Counted from the first letter of the whole stretch, positions 1 through 10,769 are shown. The stretch: 63,704 bases of DNA, filler included, from Lama guanicoe (GCA_013239625.1; 99 parts of 99 records of this genome joined end to end with filler, not necessarily neighbours in it), one strand, 5' to 3'. Notes: generated by a model not told the origin, from the letters alone. A program made the numbers and translations.

Positions 1-45
1 CGTCCTCGTCCACCTCTACCACCGAGACAGGCATCGCCCCCTCAC

Positions 46-157
46 TTGTCTGCAGCGACAGCCAGCCTTTGCGGTGCGCGATGTAGTGAGGCGAGTGTGA
101 CTCCTCGTAGGTCACTGGCTTGTCCCCCTTACCCACTCGAACTCAGGCCGCCCGATT
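46..157 (-). pseudogene. MRPS24: Intron-flanked copy of a mitochondrial ribosomal protein S24 internal exon with a premature stop
   Basis: Minus strand reads [36 protein letters not shown], matching remembered MRPS24 [37 protein letters not shown]; acceptor ttcttttcttctAG at 158-159, donor GTGAG at 45-41, 112 nt, TGA at 145-143. Confidence 0.9.
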
Positions 158-205
158 CTAGAAGAAAAGAAGAGTCATGACTTCCCGCAACCACTAACCC
201 AAACA

Positions 206-995
206 GCGACCACTGGCCCAAACCGCGCCTGAAGCCAGGAACCCATAGCCACTGACCCGAACGGCGCCCCAGGCAAGGCCCCCGTGACCAATAGCCCAAA
301 CCGCTCCCCAGACCAGGCCCCCGCGACCACTGGCCCAAACCGCGCCCGAAGCCAGGCCCCCGTAGCCACGGGCCCAAACCGCTCCCCAGGCCAGGCCCCC
401 GCGACCACTGGCCCAAACCGCGCCCGAAGCCAGGCCCCCGTAGCCACGGGCCCAAACCGCTCCCCAGGCCAGGCCCCCGCGACCACTGGCCCAAACCGCT
501 CCACAAACAAGGCCCCTGCGACCACTGGCCCAAACCGCGCACGAAGCCAGGATCTCGTAGCCACGGACCCAAACGGGGACCCAGGCCGGGCTCCCATGAC
601 CACTGGCCCAAACCGTGCCCCAGGCCAGTTCCCTGCGACCACTGGCCCAAACCGTGCCCCAGGCCAGTTCCCTGCGACCACTGGCCCAAACCGTGCCCCA
701 GGCCAGTTCCCTGCGACCACTGGCCCAAACCGTGCCCCAGGCCAGTTCCCTGCGACCACTGGCCCAAACCGTGCCCCAGGCCAGTTCCCTGCGACCACTG
801 GCCCAAACCGTGCCCCAGGCCAGTTCCCTGCGACCACTGGCCCAAACCGCGCCCCAGGCCAGGCCCCCGCGACCACTGGCCGAAACCGCTCCCCAGTCCA
901 GGCCCCCACGACCACTGGCCCAAACCGCTCCACAAACCGGCCCCTGCGACCACTAGCCGAAACTGCTCCCCAGACCAGGCCCCCGTGACCACTGG
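206..995. repeat. GC-rich 39-bp minisatellite, about 20 units
   Basis: Unit GCGACCACTGGCCCAAACCGTGCCCCAGGCCAGTTCCCT; identical core at about 598-850, variant units on the flanks. Confidence 0.97.
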
Positions 996-1095
996 NNNNN
1001 NNNNNNNNNNNNNNNNNNNNNNNNNNNNNNNNNNNNNNNTTAATTAATTAANNNNNNNNNNNNNNNNNNNNNNNNNNNNNNNNNNNNNNNNNNNN
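996..1095. other. Artificial contig linker N44-TTAATTAATTAA-N44 (first of about 98 copies across the window)
   Basis: Identical 100-bp block between unrelated sequences throughout; the 12-mer (1040-1051) is palindromic and has stops in all six frames. Confidence 0.99.
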
Positions 1096-1557
1096 TCCAC
1101 GCAGCTCTCTTCATTCACAGGAGTTCCCTGTTCGTGGAAGTCCGAGAAATACTTTTCCTGAACTTGGGGAGGCATCCTCGGTCACTGGGATATCCTGCAA
1201 TCACCCCTAGCATTCCCTGTCAAAGAGATATTAGGAAAACACTCAGGGGAGATGAGCTTAGGCTTTCCGTTTGAACCCACGCGCTGCCGACAGTTGGTGG
1301 AACCTCCCCACGCTCAGGATTCCGGAACCATTGTCATTGCGTGGGGGAGCTCGAGAGACAACTCCACGCAGCTCTCTTCAGCCACAGGTGTTCCCTGTTC
1401 GTGGAAGTCTGGGATATAACTTCCCTGAACTTGGGGAGGCAGCCTCAGTCTCTGGGATATCCTGCAATCACCCCTAGCATTCCCTGTCAAAGTGATATAA
1501 GGAAAACACTCAGGGGAGATGAGCTTAGGCTTTCCGTTTGAACCCACGCGCTGCCGA
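1096..1557 (+). repeat. 267-bp GC-rich satellite
   Basis: TCCACGCAGCTCTCTTCA at 1096 and 1363 (period 267); the family fills 14 contigs. Confidence 0.97.
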
Positions 1558-2006
1558 NNNNNNNNNNNNNNNNNNNNNNNNNNNNNNNNNNNNNNNNNNN
1601 NTTAATTAATTAANNNNNNNNNNNNNNNNNNNNNNNNNNNNNNNNNNNNNNNNNNNNGAGTCACGGCCTCAAGGAGGCCTCTGGAGATGTCTAGGTGGAC
1701 TGCCCTAACGCTCCTGGGGAGCCCTGCCTTTCTTAGCAGCACCTACTACAGTTATAACCAACAACACCAGGATCTCTGTTCCCCGGTCTCTCCCATTCTA
1801 ATAGTCCGTTTGACTTCTTTCTCTGTGCGGAAAGCTAACAACTTGCCTTGCCTCTCTCAGGATGCCCAGAAATGGACTTTAGTTCTCTTGGTATCTGTCA
1901 CCTCCTGGTTGGAAAACTACTCCCAGCTCAATCTGGATCCGCCTCCACCATCTCATGACCCCTCTCACCCTCAGATCCTGCCCTCTTGCCTTCATTCTCT
2001 CTGTAG

Positions 2007-2104
2007 GGGTGACCTACCATCCTAGTTTGCCTGCATCCTGGGTGTGGGACTTCCTAGGATAAAACTGGGTATGTCATGAGCAAATCTGAATGAGTTGTCC
2101 ACCT
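2007..2104. mobile_element. Possible MER96-like hAT MITE remnant
   Basis: GGGTGACC...tagtttgcctg start and gtccacct end resemble degenerate MER96 terminal inverted repeats. Confidence 0.35.
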
Positions 2105-2358
2105 TATTCTCTAGGACACCAGGCTACAGCTCTTATGTACAGCAAAACGCCCTGAAGGTTTGTGGACAACAAAGATGACATAAAAGTGCAAAAGAGAAAA
2201 ACACCCACTTAGAGTTCAGACACCAGTGTAGCTAAGGGTCTGGTCCTCTCTCCTCTTCNNNNNNNNNNNNNNNNNNNNNNNNNNNNNNNNNNNNNNNNNN
2301 NNTTAATTAATTAANNNNNNNNNNNNNNNNNNNNNNNNNNNNNNNNNNNNNNNNNNNN

Positions 2359-2660
2359 GCTTCTCGCTTGTTTTGCAAACACGTCAGGACATGCATCTCT
2401 CCTTTCCCTTCAAACAGAGAGTCAAATAAGCTTATTCACTTAAGAGGGTGCATCCAATCACCTATGATTTCCTGCTTCCCTCTCCCATCTTTAGGGTTTT
2501 GATGACCTCCTTGCCTTCTTCTTTTTTCTTTTTTACCACTCATGCAATTCTTGCATTTCCAATAATGGTTTTCTTCTTTCCATTGCCTCTTGCTGCTTTT
2601 CTATTCAGGGCAGTTTTGTCAACCTTTCTTTTAGAAGAAGTTTTGAACTGCTGAATTCTT
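2359..2660 (-). mobile_element. L1-derived fragment, paralogous to 12130-12430
   Basis: Colinear with 12130-12430, which continues into antisense L1 ORF1. Confidence 0.7.
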
Positions 2661-2760
2661 NNNNNNNNNNNNNNNNNNNNNNNNNNNNNNNNNNNNNNNN
2701 NNNNTTAATTAATTAANNNNNNNNNNNNNNNNNNNNNNNNNNNNNNNNNNNNNNNNNNNN

Positions 2761-3263
2761 CTCCCTCCAAAGCCTTAGCTCCTTATCCTAATTTAGTTGC
2801 TACCTTAATTACCACAGAAAAAAGACTCCGTTTCTTATCTGGAAAAATACCCTGCTCTCATTTGCGTTCCTTATACTCAGAAACAGCAAGATTGGCTTTT
2901 CCAATTTAATGATTACTGAACACTTGCTTTAGCTCACTATGCTAAAAAAATTAGTAATCATTACCCAGCAGACAAACTTTTATAATTTACAACACTACAT
3001 ACTTTCCTATTCCCGAGAATTACTCAATCTCATCCTATTGCTGGAGCCCTCACGGTTTTTACTGACGGCTCTTCTAACGGTATTGCTGCTTATAAAATTA
3101 AAGACCAACTTATTTCTTGAAAAAAGTCTGGTTCCTCCGCACAAACGGTAAAATTATTAGCTGTACAGGCGGCTCTGAATACTACTTCCACTTTTCCCGT
3201 TAATCTCTTTTCAAACAGCCAATATATAGTTCGTACATTAAATGTATTAAAAACTGTCCCATA
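2761..3263 (+). mobile_element. pol: Defective ERV2 (betaretrovirus-like) pol fragment, RT connection plus RNase H
   Basis: Reads ...NHYPADKLL*F...PIAGALTVFTDGSSNGIAAY...SAQTVKLLAV...NLFSNSQY; FTDGSS at 3058-3075; several stops. Confidence 0.9.
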
Positions 3264-3363
3264 NNNNNNNNNNNNNNNNNNNNNNNNNNNNNNNNNNNNN
3301 NNNNNNNTTAATTAATTAANNNNNNNNNNNNNNNNNNNNNNNNNNNNNNNNNNNNNNNNNNNN

Positions 3364-3867
3364 ACCTGTGACTGAAGAGAGATGCGTGGAGTTGTCTCTC
3401 GAGTTCCCCACTGAATGACAATGTTTCCGTAATCCTAAGCGTGGGGAGGTTCCACCAACGGTCGGCAGCGCGTGGGTTCTAACGGAATGCCTGTGCTCAT
3501 CTCCCCTGAGGGTTTTCCTAATGTCGTTGTGCCAGGGAATGCTAGGGGGAGGTGCAGGAAATCCCAGTTACAGAGGCTGCCTCCCAAAGGTCAGGGAAGG
3601 TATTTCTCGGACCTCCCCGGGCAGGGAACACCTGTGACTGAAGAGAGCTGCGTGGAGGTGTCTCTCGAGCTCCCCCACGCACTGACAATGCTTCCGGAAT
3701 CCTGAGCGTTGGGACGTTCCACCAACAGTCGGCAGAGCATGGGTTCTAACGGAATGCCTGTGCTCATCTCCCCTGAGGGTTTTCCATATGTCTTTGTGCC
3801 AGGGAATGCTAGGGGGAGTTGCAGGAAATCCCAGTTACAGAGGCTGCCTCCCAAAGGTCAGGGAAGG
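3364..3867 (-). repeat. 267-bp satellite
   Basis: Reverse complement of the 1096-1557 family; period 267. Confidence 0.97.
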
Positions 3868-3967
3868 NNNNNNNNNNNNNNNNNNNNNNNNNNNNNNNNN
3901 NNNNNNNNNNNTTAATTAATTAANNNNNNNNNNNNNNNNNNNNNNNNNNNNNNNNNNNNNNNNNNNN

Positions 3968-4762
3968 AATTCTGGCTTCTATATTCTCTTTTCTATTTTC
4001 TATATTTTGCGTTCTTGAATCTATATTGTACAATCAATATTCTGCATTCCGTATTCTATTTTCTATATTCTGTTTTTTACATTGTATATTCGAAATTCTA
4101 TATTCAGTATTCTGTATTGTATACTCTAAATTCTGTGTTCTGCATTCCATGTTCTAAATTCTGGGTTCTGTATTCTGTTTCCCATATTCTATATTCAATA
4201 TTCTGTGTTCCGCATTCTATGTTCTAAATTTTATACTCAGTATTCCGTATTATATATTCTATATTTTCTGTCGTACATTTTACATTCTAAATTCTATAGA
4301 AAGTATTCTGTATTGTATACTCTAAATTCTGTGTTCTGCATTCCATGTTCTAAATTCTGGCTTCTATATCCTTTATATTCTATTCTGTGTCCTTCGTTTT
4401 ATATTTTAAATTTTATTTCCTGCATTCAGTATTGTATATTCTAAACTCTGTGATCTACATTCTATATTCTAAATTCTGTGTTCTGCATTCCATGTTCTAA
4501 ATTCTGGCTTCTATATCCTTTATATTCTATTCTGTGTCCTTCGTTTTATATTTTAAATTTTATTTCCTGCATTCAGTATTGTATATTCTAAACTCTGTGA
4601 TCTACATTCTATATTCTAAATTCTGTGTTCTGCATTCCATGTTCTAAATTCTGGCTTCTATATCCTTTATATTCTATTCTGTGTCCTTCGTTTTATATTT
4701 TAAATTTTATTTCCTGCATTCAGTATTGTATATTCTAAACTCTGTGATCTACATTCTATATT
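3968..4762. repeat. Heptamer-based AT-rich satellite with a 147-bp higher-order unit
   Basis: TATATTC/TGTGTTC/TAAATTC 7-mers; identical blocks start at 4327, 4474 and 4621. Confidence 0.95.
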
Positions 4763-5296
4763 NNNNNNNNNNNNNNNNNNNNNNNNNNNNNNNNNNNNNN
4801 NNNNNNTTAATTAATTAANNNNNNNNNNNNNNNNNNNNNNNNNNNNNNNNNNNNNNNNNNNNCATCTCTCCTCTTAATTAATTTGAGATCTCTCCTCCTG
4901 CGTCCTCATAATGATTTCCAAATCTCTCCTATCTTCTGGTAACGATTTTGGAATCTCTCCTATCTGCTCACACGGATTCCCAAAACTCTCCTCTCACCTC
5001 TCTCCTCTTATCTCTCCCCTCTCAAAACAACTGTTTCCAGATCTCTCGTCCTATGTGCACGTAATTAATTCTAAATCTCTCCTCTATCCTCTCTCCGCAT
5101 ACCGNNNNNNNNNNNNNNNNNNNNNNNNNNNNNNNNNNNNNNNNNNNNTTAATTAATTAANNNNNNNNNNNNNNNNNNNNNNNNNNNNNNNNNNNNNNNN
5201 NNNNCTTCCTCTTGTGGAAATGAGGCTTCTAAAGGTTCTCAGCTCCGCATTCTTCTCTATGTCATTTTGGGGTGTTTCCAAAACTGCAAACTGAGA

Positions 5297-5515
5297 GTGC
5301 GCTTGTGCTTTGTAGTGCCGCGGGAATGTCCCAATGAAAACAATTCTTCCCAGAGCTTCTCTGTCTACTGAAAAACCAGTGGAAGCACATCCATGGATAT
5401 CACACATCAGGTACTGCTGGAATGATCCCGCAGACCTACCCTTGTGTCCTCGGTGCCGTACCATGCCGTTGCCATTAAAAATGTAGCATCCGCTTTTGGG
5501 AGATAGTGCTGAAGG
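5297..5515 (+). repeat. Unidentified multicopy repeat, copy 1
   Basis: Colinear with 57466-57684 (GTGCGCTTGTGCTTTGTAGTGCC...GTAGCATCCGCTTTTGGGAGATA). Confidence 0.85.
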
Positions 5516-5739
5516 AAATGCTTCCTCTTCTCACGCTGTGAACTTGGACCACACTTCCTTGTCCTCTCATCCCTGTGGCATGGGTTCACGAAGGCAACCA
5601 CAGAGGTTTTGTGCATCCTGTGCCTCAAACNNNNNNNNNNNNNNNNNNNNNNNNNNNNNNNNNNNNNNNNNNNNTTAATTAATTAANNNNNNNNNNNNNN
5701 NNNNNNNNNNNNNNNNNNNNNNNNNNNNNNGGGAGTCTG

Positions 5740-6035
5740 CAGGCAGGGTGTCAGCAGGGCTGGCTCCTCCTGAGGGCTAGGAGGGAGAGGTTGGTCCAGG
5801 CCTCTCTCCTTGGCTTGGAGACGACCGTCTTCTCTCCACATTTCATCATGTCATCTCCCATGTACACGTGTCTCTGTGTCCACATTGCCCCTTTTTATCA
5901 GGACACAAGTCATACTGGATTAAGGCCCACCCTATTGACCTCTTCTTAACCAATGACCTCTGCAACAAACCTATTACCAAATGGGGTCATGTTCTGTAGT
6001 CCTGGCGGTTAGGACTTCAGCATATGAGTTTGACA
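5740..6035 (-). mobile_element. MaLR (MLT1-type) LTR fragment
   Basis: Typical motifs GGATTAAGGCCCACCCTA, GACCTCTGCAACAAACCTATT and GTTAGGACTTCAGCATATGA. Confidence 0.8.
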
Positions 6036-6086
6036 GAGACCGGCCAGGGCAACAGGCCTGTGGGTGCCAAGTCTGATGTCCCCAAG

Positions 6087-6250
6087 GACCAGCAGGGAGG
6101 CCAGTGTTGCTGGAGCAGAGTGAGCCAGGGAGAAAACTGGAGATGAGCTCAGCTTGGGGAGGGGAAGGAAACCTGTAAGGTCACCATAAGGACTCTCGCT
6201 TCTTCACTGTGTGAAATGAGAAGCCATTGCAGGATTTTGAGCAGAGAAGA
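6087..6250 (-). mobile_element. L2 fragment
   Basis: GGAGGCCAGTGTTGCTGGAGCAGAGTGAG...GAAGCCATTGCAGGATTTTGAGCAG. Confidence 0.65.
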
Positions 6251-6498
6251 TCACACCCAGGGTCTCACTCATGCCTGACTTAGGTGATGAGGATGAAAAT
6301 ATTTAGGCTTTCGAGCTGATAATACTTAGACTACATGTTGGACTTTGACTTGATGGTGTAGTAAATGAGACTCTGGAGGGTGTTGGGATGAGGTGGATNN
6401 NNNNNNNNNNNNNNNNNNNNNNNNNNNNNNNNNNNNNNNNNNTTAATTAATTAANNNNNNNNNNNNNNNNNNNNNNNNNNNNNNNNNNNNNNNNNNNN

Positions 6499-7273
6499 AG
6501 AGACATTAGGAAAACCCTCAGGGGAGACGTGCTTAGACATTCCGTTAGAACCCACTCGAAGCCGACCGTTGGTGGAACCTCCCCACGCTCAGGATTCCGG
6601 AACCTTTGTCAGTGAGTGGGGGAGCTCGAGAGACAACTAAACGCAGCTCTCTTCATTCACAGGAGTTCCCTGTTCGGGGAAGTCCGGGAAATAACTTCCC
6701 TGACCTTGGGGAGGCATCGTATGACACTGGGATATCCTGCAAACCCCCCTACCATTCCGTGGAACAGAGACATTAGGAAAACCCTCAGGGGAGATGAGCT
6801 TAAGCCTTCCTTTAGAACCCACTGGCTGCCGACCGTTGGTGGAACCTCCCCACGCTCAGGATTCCGGAACCATTGTCAGTGCGTGGAGTAGCTAGAGAGA
6901 CAACTCCACGCAGCTCTCTTCATGCACAGGAGTTCCCTGTTTGGGAAAGTCCGGGAAATACCTTCCCTGACCTTGGGGAGACAGCCTCTGTCACTGGGAT
7001 ATCCTGCAATCACCCCTAGCATTCCCTGGCACAGAGACATTAGGAAAACCCTCAGGGGAGACGAGCTTAGGCATTCCGTTAGAACCCACGCTCAGTTTTC
7101 CGAAACCATTGTCAGTGCGTGGGGGAGCTCGAGAGTCAAATACACGCAGCTCTCTTCATTCACAGGATTTCCCTGTTCGGGGAATTCCGGGAAATAACTT
7201 CCCTGAACTTGGAGAGGCAGCGTATGTCACTGGGATATCCTGATATCACCCCTAGCATTCCCTGGCACAGAGA
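6499..7273 (+). repeat. 267-bp satellite with one 236-bp deleted monomer
   Basis: Marker at 6625, 6892 and 7128 (periods 267 and 236). Confidence 0.97.
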
Positions 7274-7534
7274 NNNNNNNNNNNNNNNNNNNNNNNNNNN
7301 NNNNNNNNNNNNNNNNNTTAATTAATTAANNNNNNNNNNNNNNNNNNNNNNNNNNNNNNNNNNNNNNNNNNNNGCCCAGTGTAAAATGGAAATCTTGGGC
7401 CTTTGGTTAGAGTACATGAAGAGTTTTAAGACTGCCATCTTGAAATAAGTGTGGGGTCCTGAGCAACTGCATGGGTCTGCGCAGTTGGCCCTGATTCCAC
7501 ATACCCAGGCCAGTGCTGGCAGCGACTTGATCCT

Positions 7535-7630
7535 GCCACTTGACAGATGGGAAAACTGAGGACCAGGGAGGCACACTGACCTGGCCAGTGTCAACCAGGA
7601 AAGACAGGTGGCTCGGCTCCTGACCCAGAG
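7535..7630 (-). mobile_element. MIR fragment
   Basis: ACAGATGGGAAAACTGAGG core motif. Confidence 0.6.
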
Positions 7631-7981
7631 CTCTTTCTGCTCTCCGACCCACCCCGCTCCTCTGGGCACTCACCCTGCACATCTCATCAGCAGGTGCTTT
7701 CAATAAAACTTGGCAGAGCTGCACGACAGCCCAGAGTGGGGATGGTCAGGGGGCAGAGCAGGCTCTCAGGGCTTCTGCGTCTTGTGGGTGTGGGTGTGTG
7801 CGTGTGCGTGTGCGCGTGCGCTGGGAGGGGTAGGTCTGTGAGGGTGAAAGTCCTCATCGCCCTCACTGACTGCACAGTGCGNNNNNNNNNNNNNNNNNNN
7901 NNNNNNNNNNNNNNNNNNNNNNNNNTTAATTAATTAANNNNNNNNNNNNNNNNNNNNNNNNNNNNNNNNNNNNNNNNNNNN

Positions 7982-8416
7982 TGAATATAGAATTTAGAAC
8001 ATAGAATGTGGAACACAGAATATAGAATATTGAATACGGAGTGTAGAATAGAGAATACAGAATATAGAATATAGAACACAGAATATAGAATGTAGAATTC
8101 AGAATATAGAATATACTATACGGAATGAAGGATATAGAATATAGAATACGGAATGCAGAATATAGAATACAGAATATAGAATATAGAACACAGAATATAG
8201 AACAAAGAATAGAGTATATGGAACACAAAATTTAGAACATGGAATGCAGAACACAGAATTAAGAATATTGAATACGGAGTGGAGAATAGAGAAGACAGAA
8301 TAGAGAATATAGAACCCAGAGTTTAGAACATGGAATGCAGAACACAGAATTAAGAATATAGAATACGGAATACTGAATATAGGTTTTAGAATATAGAATG
8401 AAGACACAGTATAAAG
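7982..8416. repeat. Heptamer-based satellite (GAATATA strand)
   Basis: Tandem GAATATA/GAACACA/GAATTTA. Confidence 0.95.
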
Positions 8417-9186
8417 NNNNNNNNNNNNNNNNNNNNNNNNNNNNNNNNNNNNNNNNNNNNTTAATTAATTAANNNNNNNNNNNNNNNNNNNNNNNNNNNN
8501 NNNNNNNNNNNNNNNNTTCCCCAATTAAGACCTACATCTGCAGCAGCCAAACTTCCATCCCATCAGTTTCCACCTTTAACCCTCTCCACAGCTCAGAGGA
8601 ACTTCTGTGCCCAGAGAGTCAGCACAACACGGCAGCTGCCCCCGGGACTCTGAATCGCTAAGACAAAAGAACCATTTTGCAGAAACACATTTATCTTCCT
8701 TTTCCTGGGTTATTACCAGGGCATCCATTGTCAGCTGGGATAAACATGTTCACCTATTTGGCGCATGGTAAAAGAGTTTCTTTCCCCTCCCAAATGAGCA
8801 GTGACTGAAAAGGGTTAGACTAAGACACACAGGCTGTGGCTTTTTTGGAAACATGACCTTAATAAAAGAGGGCAGAAGTGGGGGTGGGAGGTGGATCTTT
8901 TTTAAACCTTGCAGGACCAGGACTGAGTGTCAGAAAGCTCCAGCTAGATCATGACTCTCTCAAAGTCCAGAACTGAAGGTCATTAAAACTGGATCATCTC
9001 AACCATTTCAGACCACAGCCAGTGGATGTACCTTTTCTTTATCAGAAGAGCTCAGTGGTTCCTGCTGTCAAGATGACAGATTCCCANNNNNNNNNNNNNN
9101 NNNNNNNNNNNNNNNNNNNNNNNNNNNNNNTTAATTAATTAANNNNNNNNNNNNNNNNNNNNNNNNNNNNNNNNNNNNNNNNNNNN

Positions 9187-9592
9187 TAATAAAATAATGC
9201 CATTTGCAGCAACATGGATGGACCTAGAGATCGTCGTGCTAAATGAAGTAAGTCAGAAAAAGAAAAATACCATATGATATCACTTATACGTGGAATCTAA
9301 AAAGAAAAAGGACACAAATGAACTTATTTATAAAACAGAAACAGACTCACAGACATAGAAAACAAATTTATGGTTACTGGGGAGAAAAGGAGTGAGAGGG
9401 ATAAATTGGGAGTTCAAGATTTGCAGATACTAACTACTGTATATAAAGTAAACAACAAGGTCCTACTGTATATGGAACTATATTCAATATCTTGTAATAA
9501 GCTATAATGGAAAAGGAATATATGTATATGTAACTGAATCACTAGGCTGCACACCAGAAACTAACACAGCATTGTAAAGCGACTGTACTTCA
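9187..9592 (+). mobile_element. L1 3' end
   Basis: GCCATTTGCAGCAACATGGATGGACCTAGAG through TGTAAAGCGACTGTACTTCAA. Confidence 0.92.
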
Positions 9593-9682
9593 ACACAGAG
9601 AAAAAGAAGTTATACATAACATGCTTACAGCAGTGTCTGCAACACATTAGCGCTCAGTGTTAGTTAGTGTTATTGTCTAGGG

Positions 9683-9980
9683 CAGTGCTAGCCAATGAAA
9701 TATAATGAGAGCTTCATATATAATTTTTAATTTTTAGTAGTCATATTTGAAAATGGCAAGTGGGAATAGGTGAGGTTAATTTTTAAAGAAATATTTTATT
9801 TACCCCAATATCCAAAATATCATTTCAACAAATAATATAGAAATCATTAACAAGATATTCTCTATTCTTGTTTTTGTACTAAGTCACCGAAATCAGTGAG
9901 TATTTTACACTTACAGTACATCTCAATCCAGACTAGGCATATGACTAGGTGCTCAAGAACCACGTGTAACTAGTGGCTAC
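9683..9980. mobile_element. MER33/MER3-like hAT-Charlie DNA transposon
   Basis: CAGTGCTAGCCAAT start; CACTTACAGTACATCTCAAT...CTAGTGGCTAC end. Confidence 0.7.
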
Positions 9981-10158
9981 AACAGAAGAAAACCACGGAG
10001 AAATGCCNNNNNNNNNNNNNNNNNNNNNNNNNNNNNNNNNNNNNNNNNNNNTTAATTAATTAANNNNNNNNNNNNNNNNNNNNNNNNNNNNNNNNNNNNN
10101 NNNNNNNAAGCTGGCGAGAGACAGAAGGCTCACTCCTTCCTTCCCCTGGGGCTCACTC

Positions 10159-10247
10159 CTGTGGACAGAAGCTGGCTCTGGCAGGGCCTGGGTAGCAAGG
10201 ACTGTGGACAGAAGCTGGCTCTGGCAGGGCCTGGGTAGCAAGGACTG
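10159..10247. repeat. Perfect 43-bp tandem duplication
   Basis: CTGTGGACAGAAGCTGGCTCTGGCAGGGCCTGGGTAGCAAGGA at 10159 and 10202. Confidence 0.95.
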
Positions 10248-10619
10248 CCACAAGGGAGGTCTTGAGAACTCTGTGGCTGAGGAACGCAGCTGGACCCCGG
10301 GCAGTCACGATGCATGGCCATTGGGTTGGTCTGAGCTCGGACTGAGGCTTATAATCCAGAAGTCCCCCTGATGTGGGGTCAGGTGGCAAGAAGGATAGAG
10401 AAAGACAAAACCAAGGGGGGTTCGGGGGGGCCAGGGCCCAAGAGCNNNNNNNNNNNNNNNNNNNNNNNNNNNNNNNNNNNNNNNNNNNNTTAATTAATTA
10501 ANNNNNNNNNNNNNNNNNNNNNNNNNNNNNNNNNNNNNNNNNNNNGCCTCAATCAGTACTTTATTCTTTTGGTTTGATAATATCCTTTTTCTTTCTTTTT
10601 CCGTTTATTGTCTATTTAA

Positions 10620-10769
10620 AAATATTTTCATTGAATTCTAGTCAGTTTATAATGTTCATCATTTTCTTGTGTACAGCACAACACTTCATTGATATAGGAA
10701 CATACCTATATTAATTTTCGTATTCTTTTTCAACATGTTACTATAAGGTATTATATATATTCTCCTGTG
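10620..10769 (-). mobile_element. Degraded L1 3' terminus
   Basis: Antisense of the 9470-9592 type terminus (TTGAATTCTAGTCAGTTTATAATGTT...TGTACAGCA). Confidence 0.6.

Noticed and set aside
284..988. Mucin-like or prion-repeat-like proteins from the long ORFs
   Set aside because: By-product of a GC-rich 39-bp repeat whose length is divisible by three; lies in intronic position relative to the MRPS24 exon.
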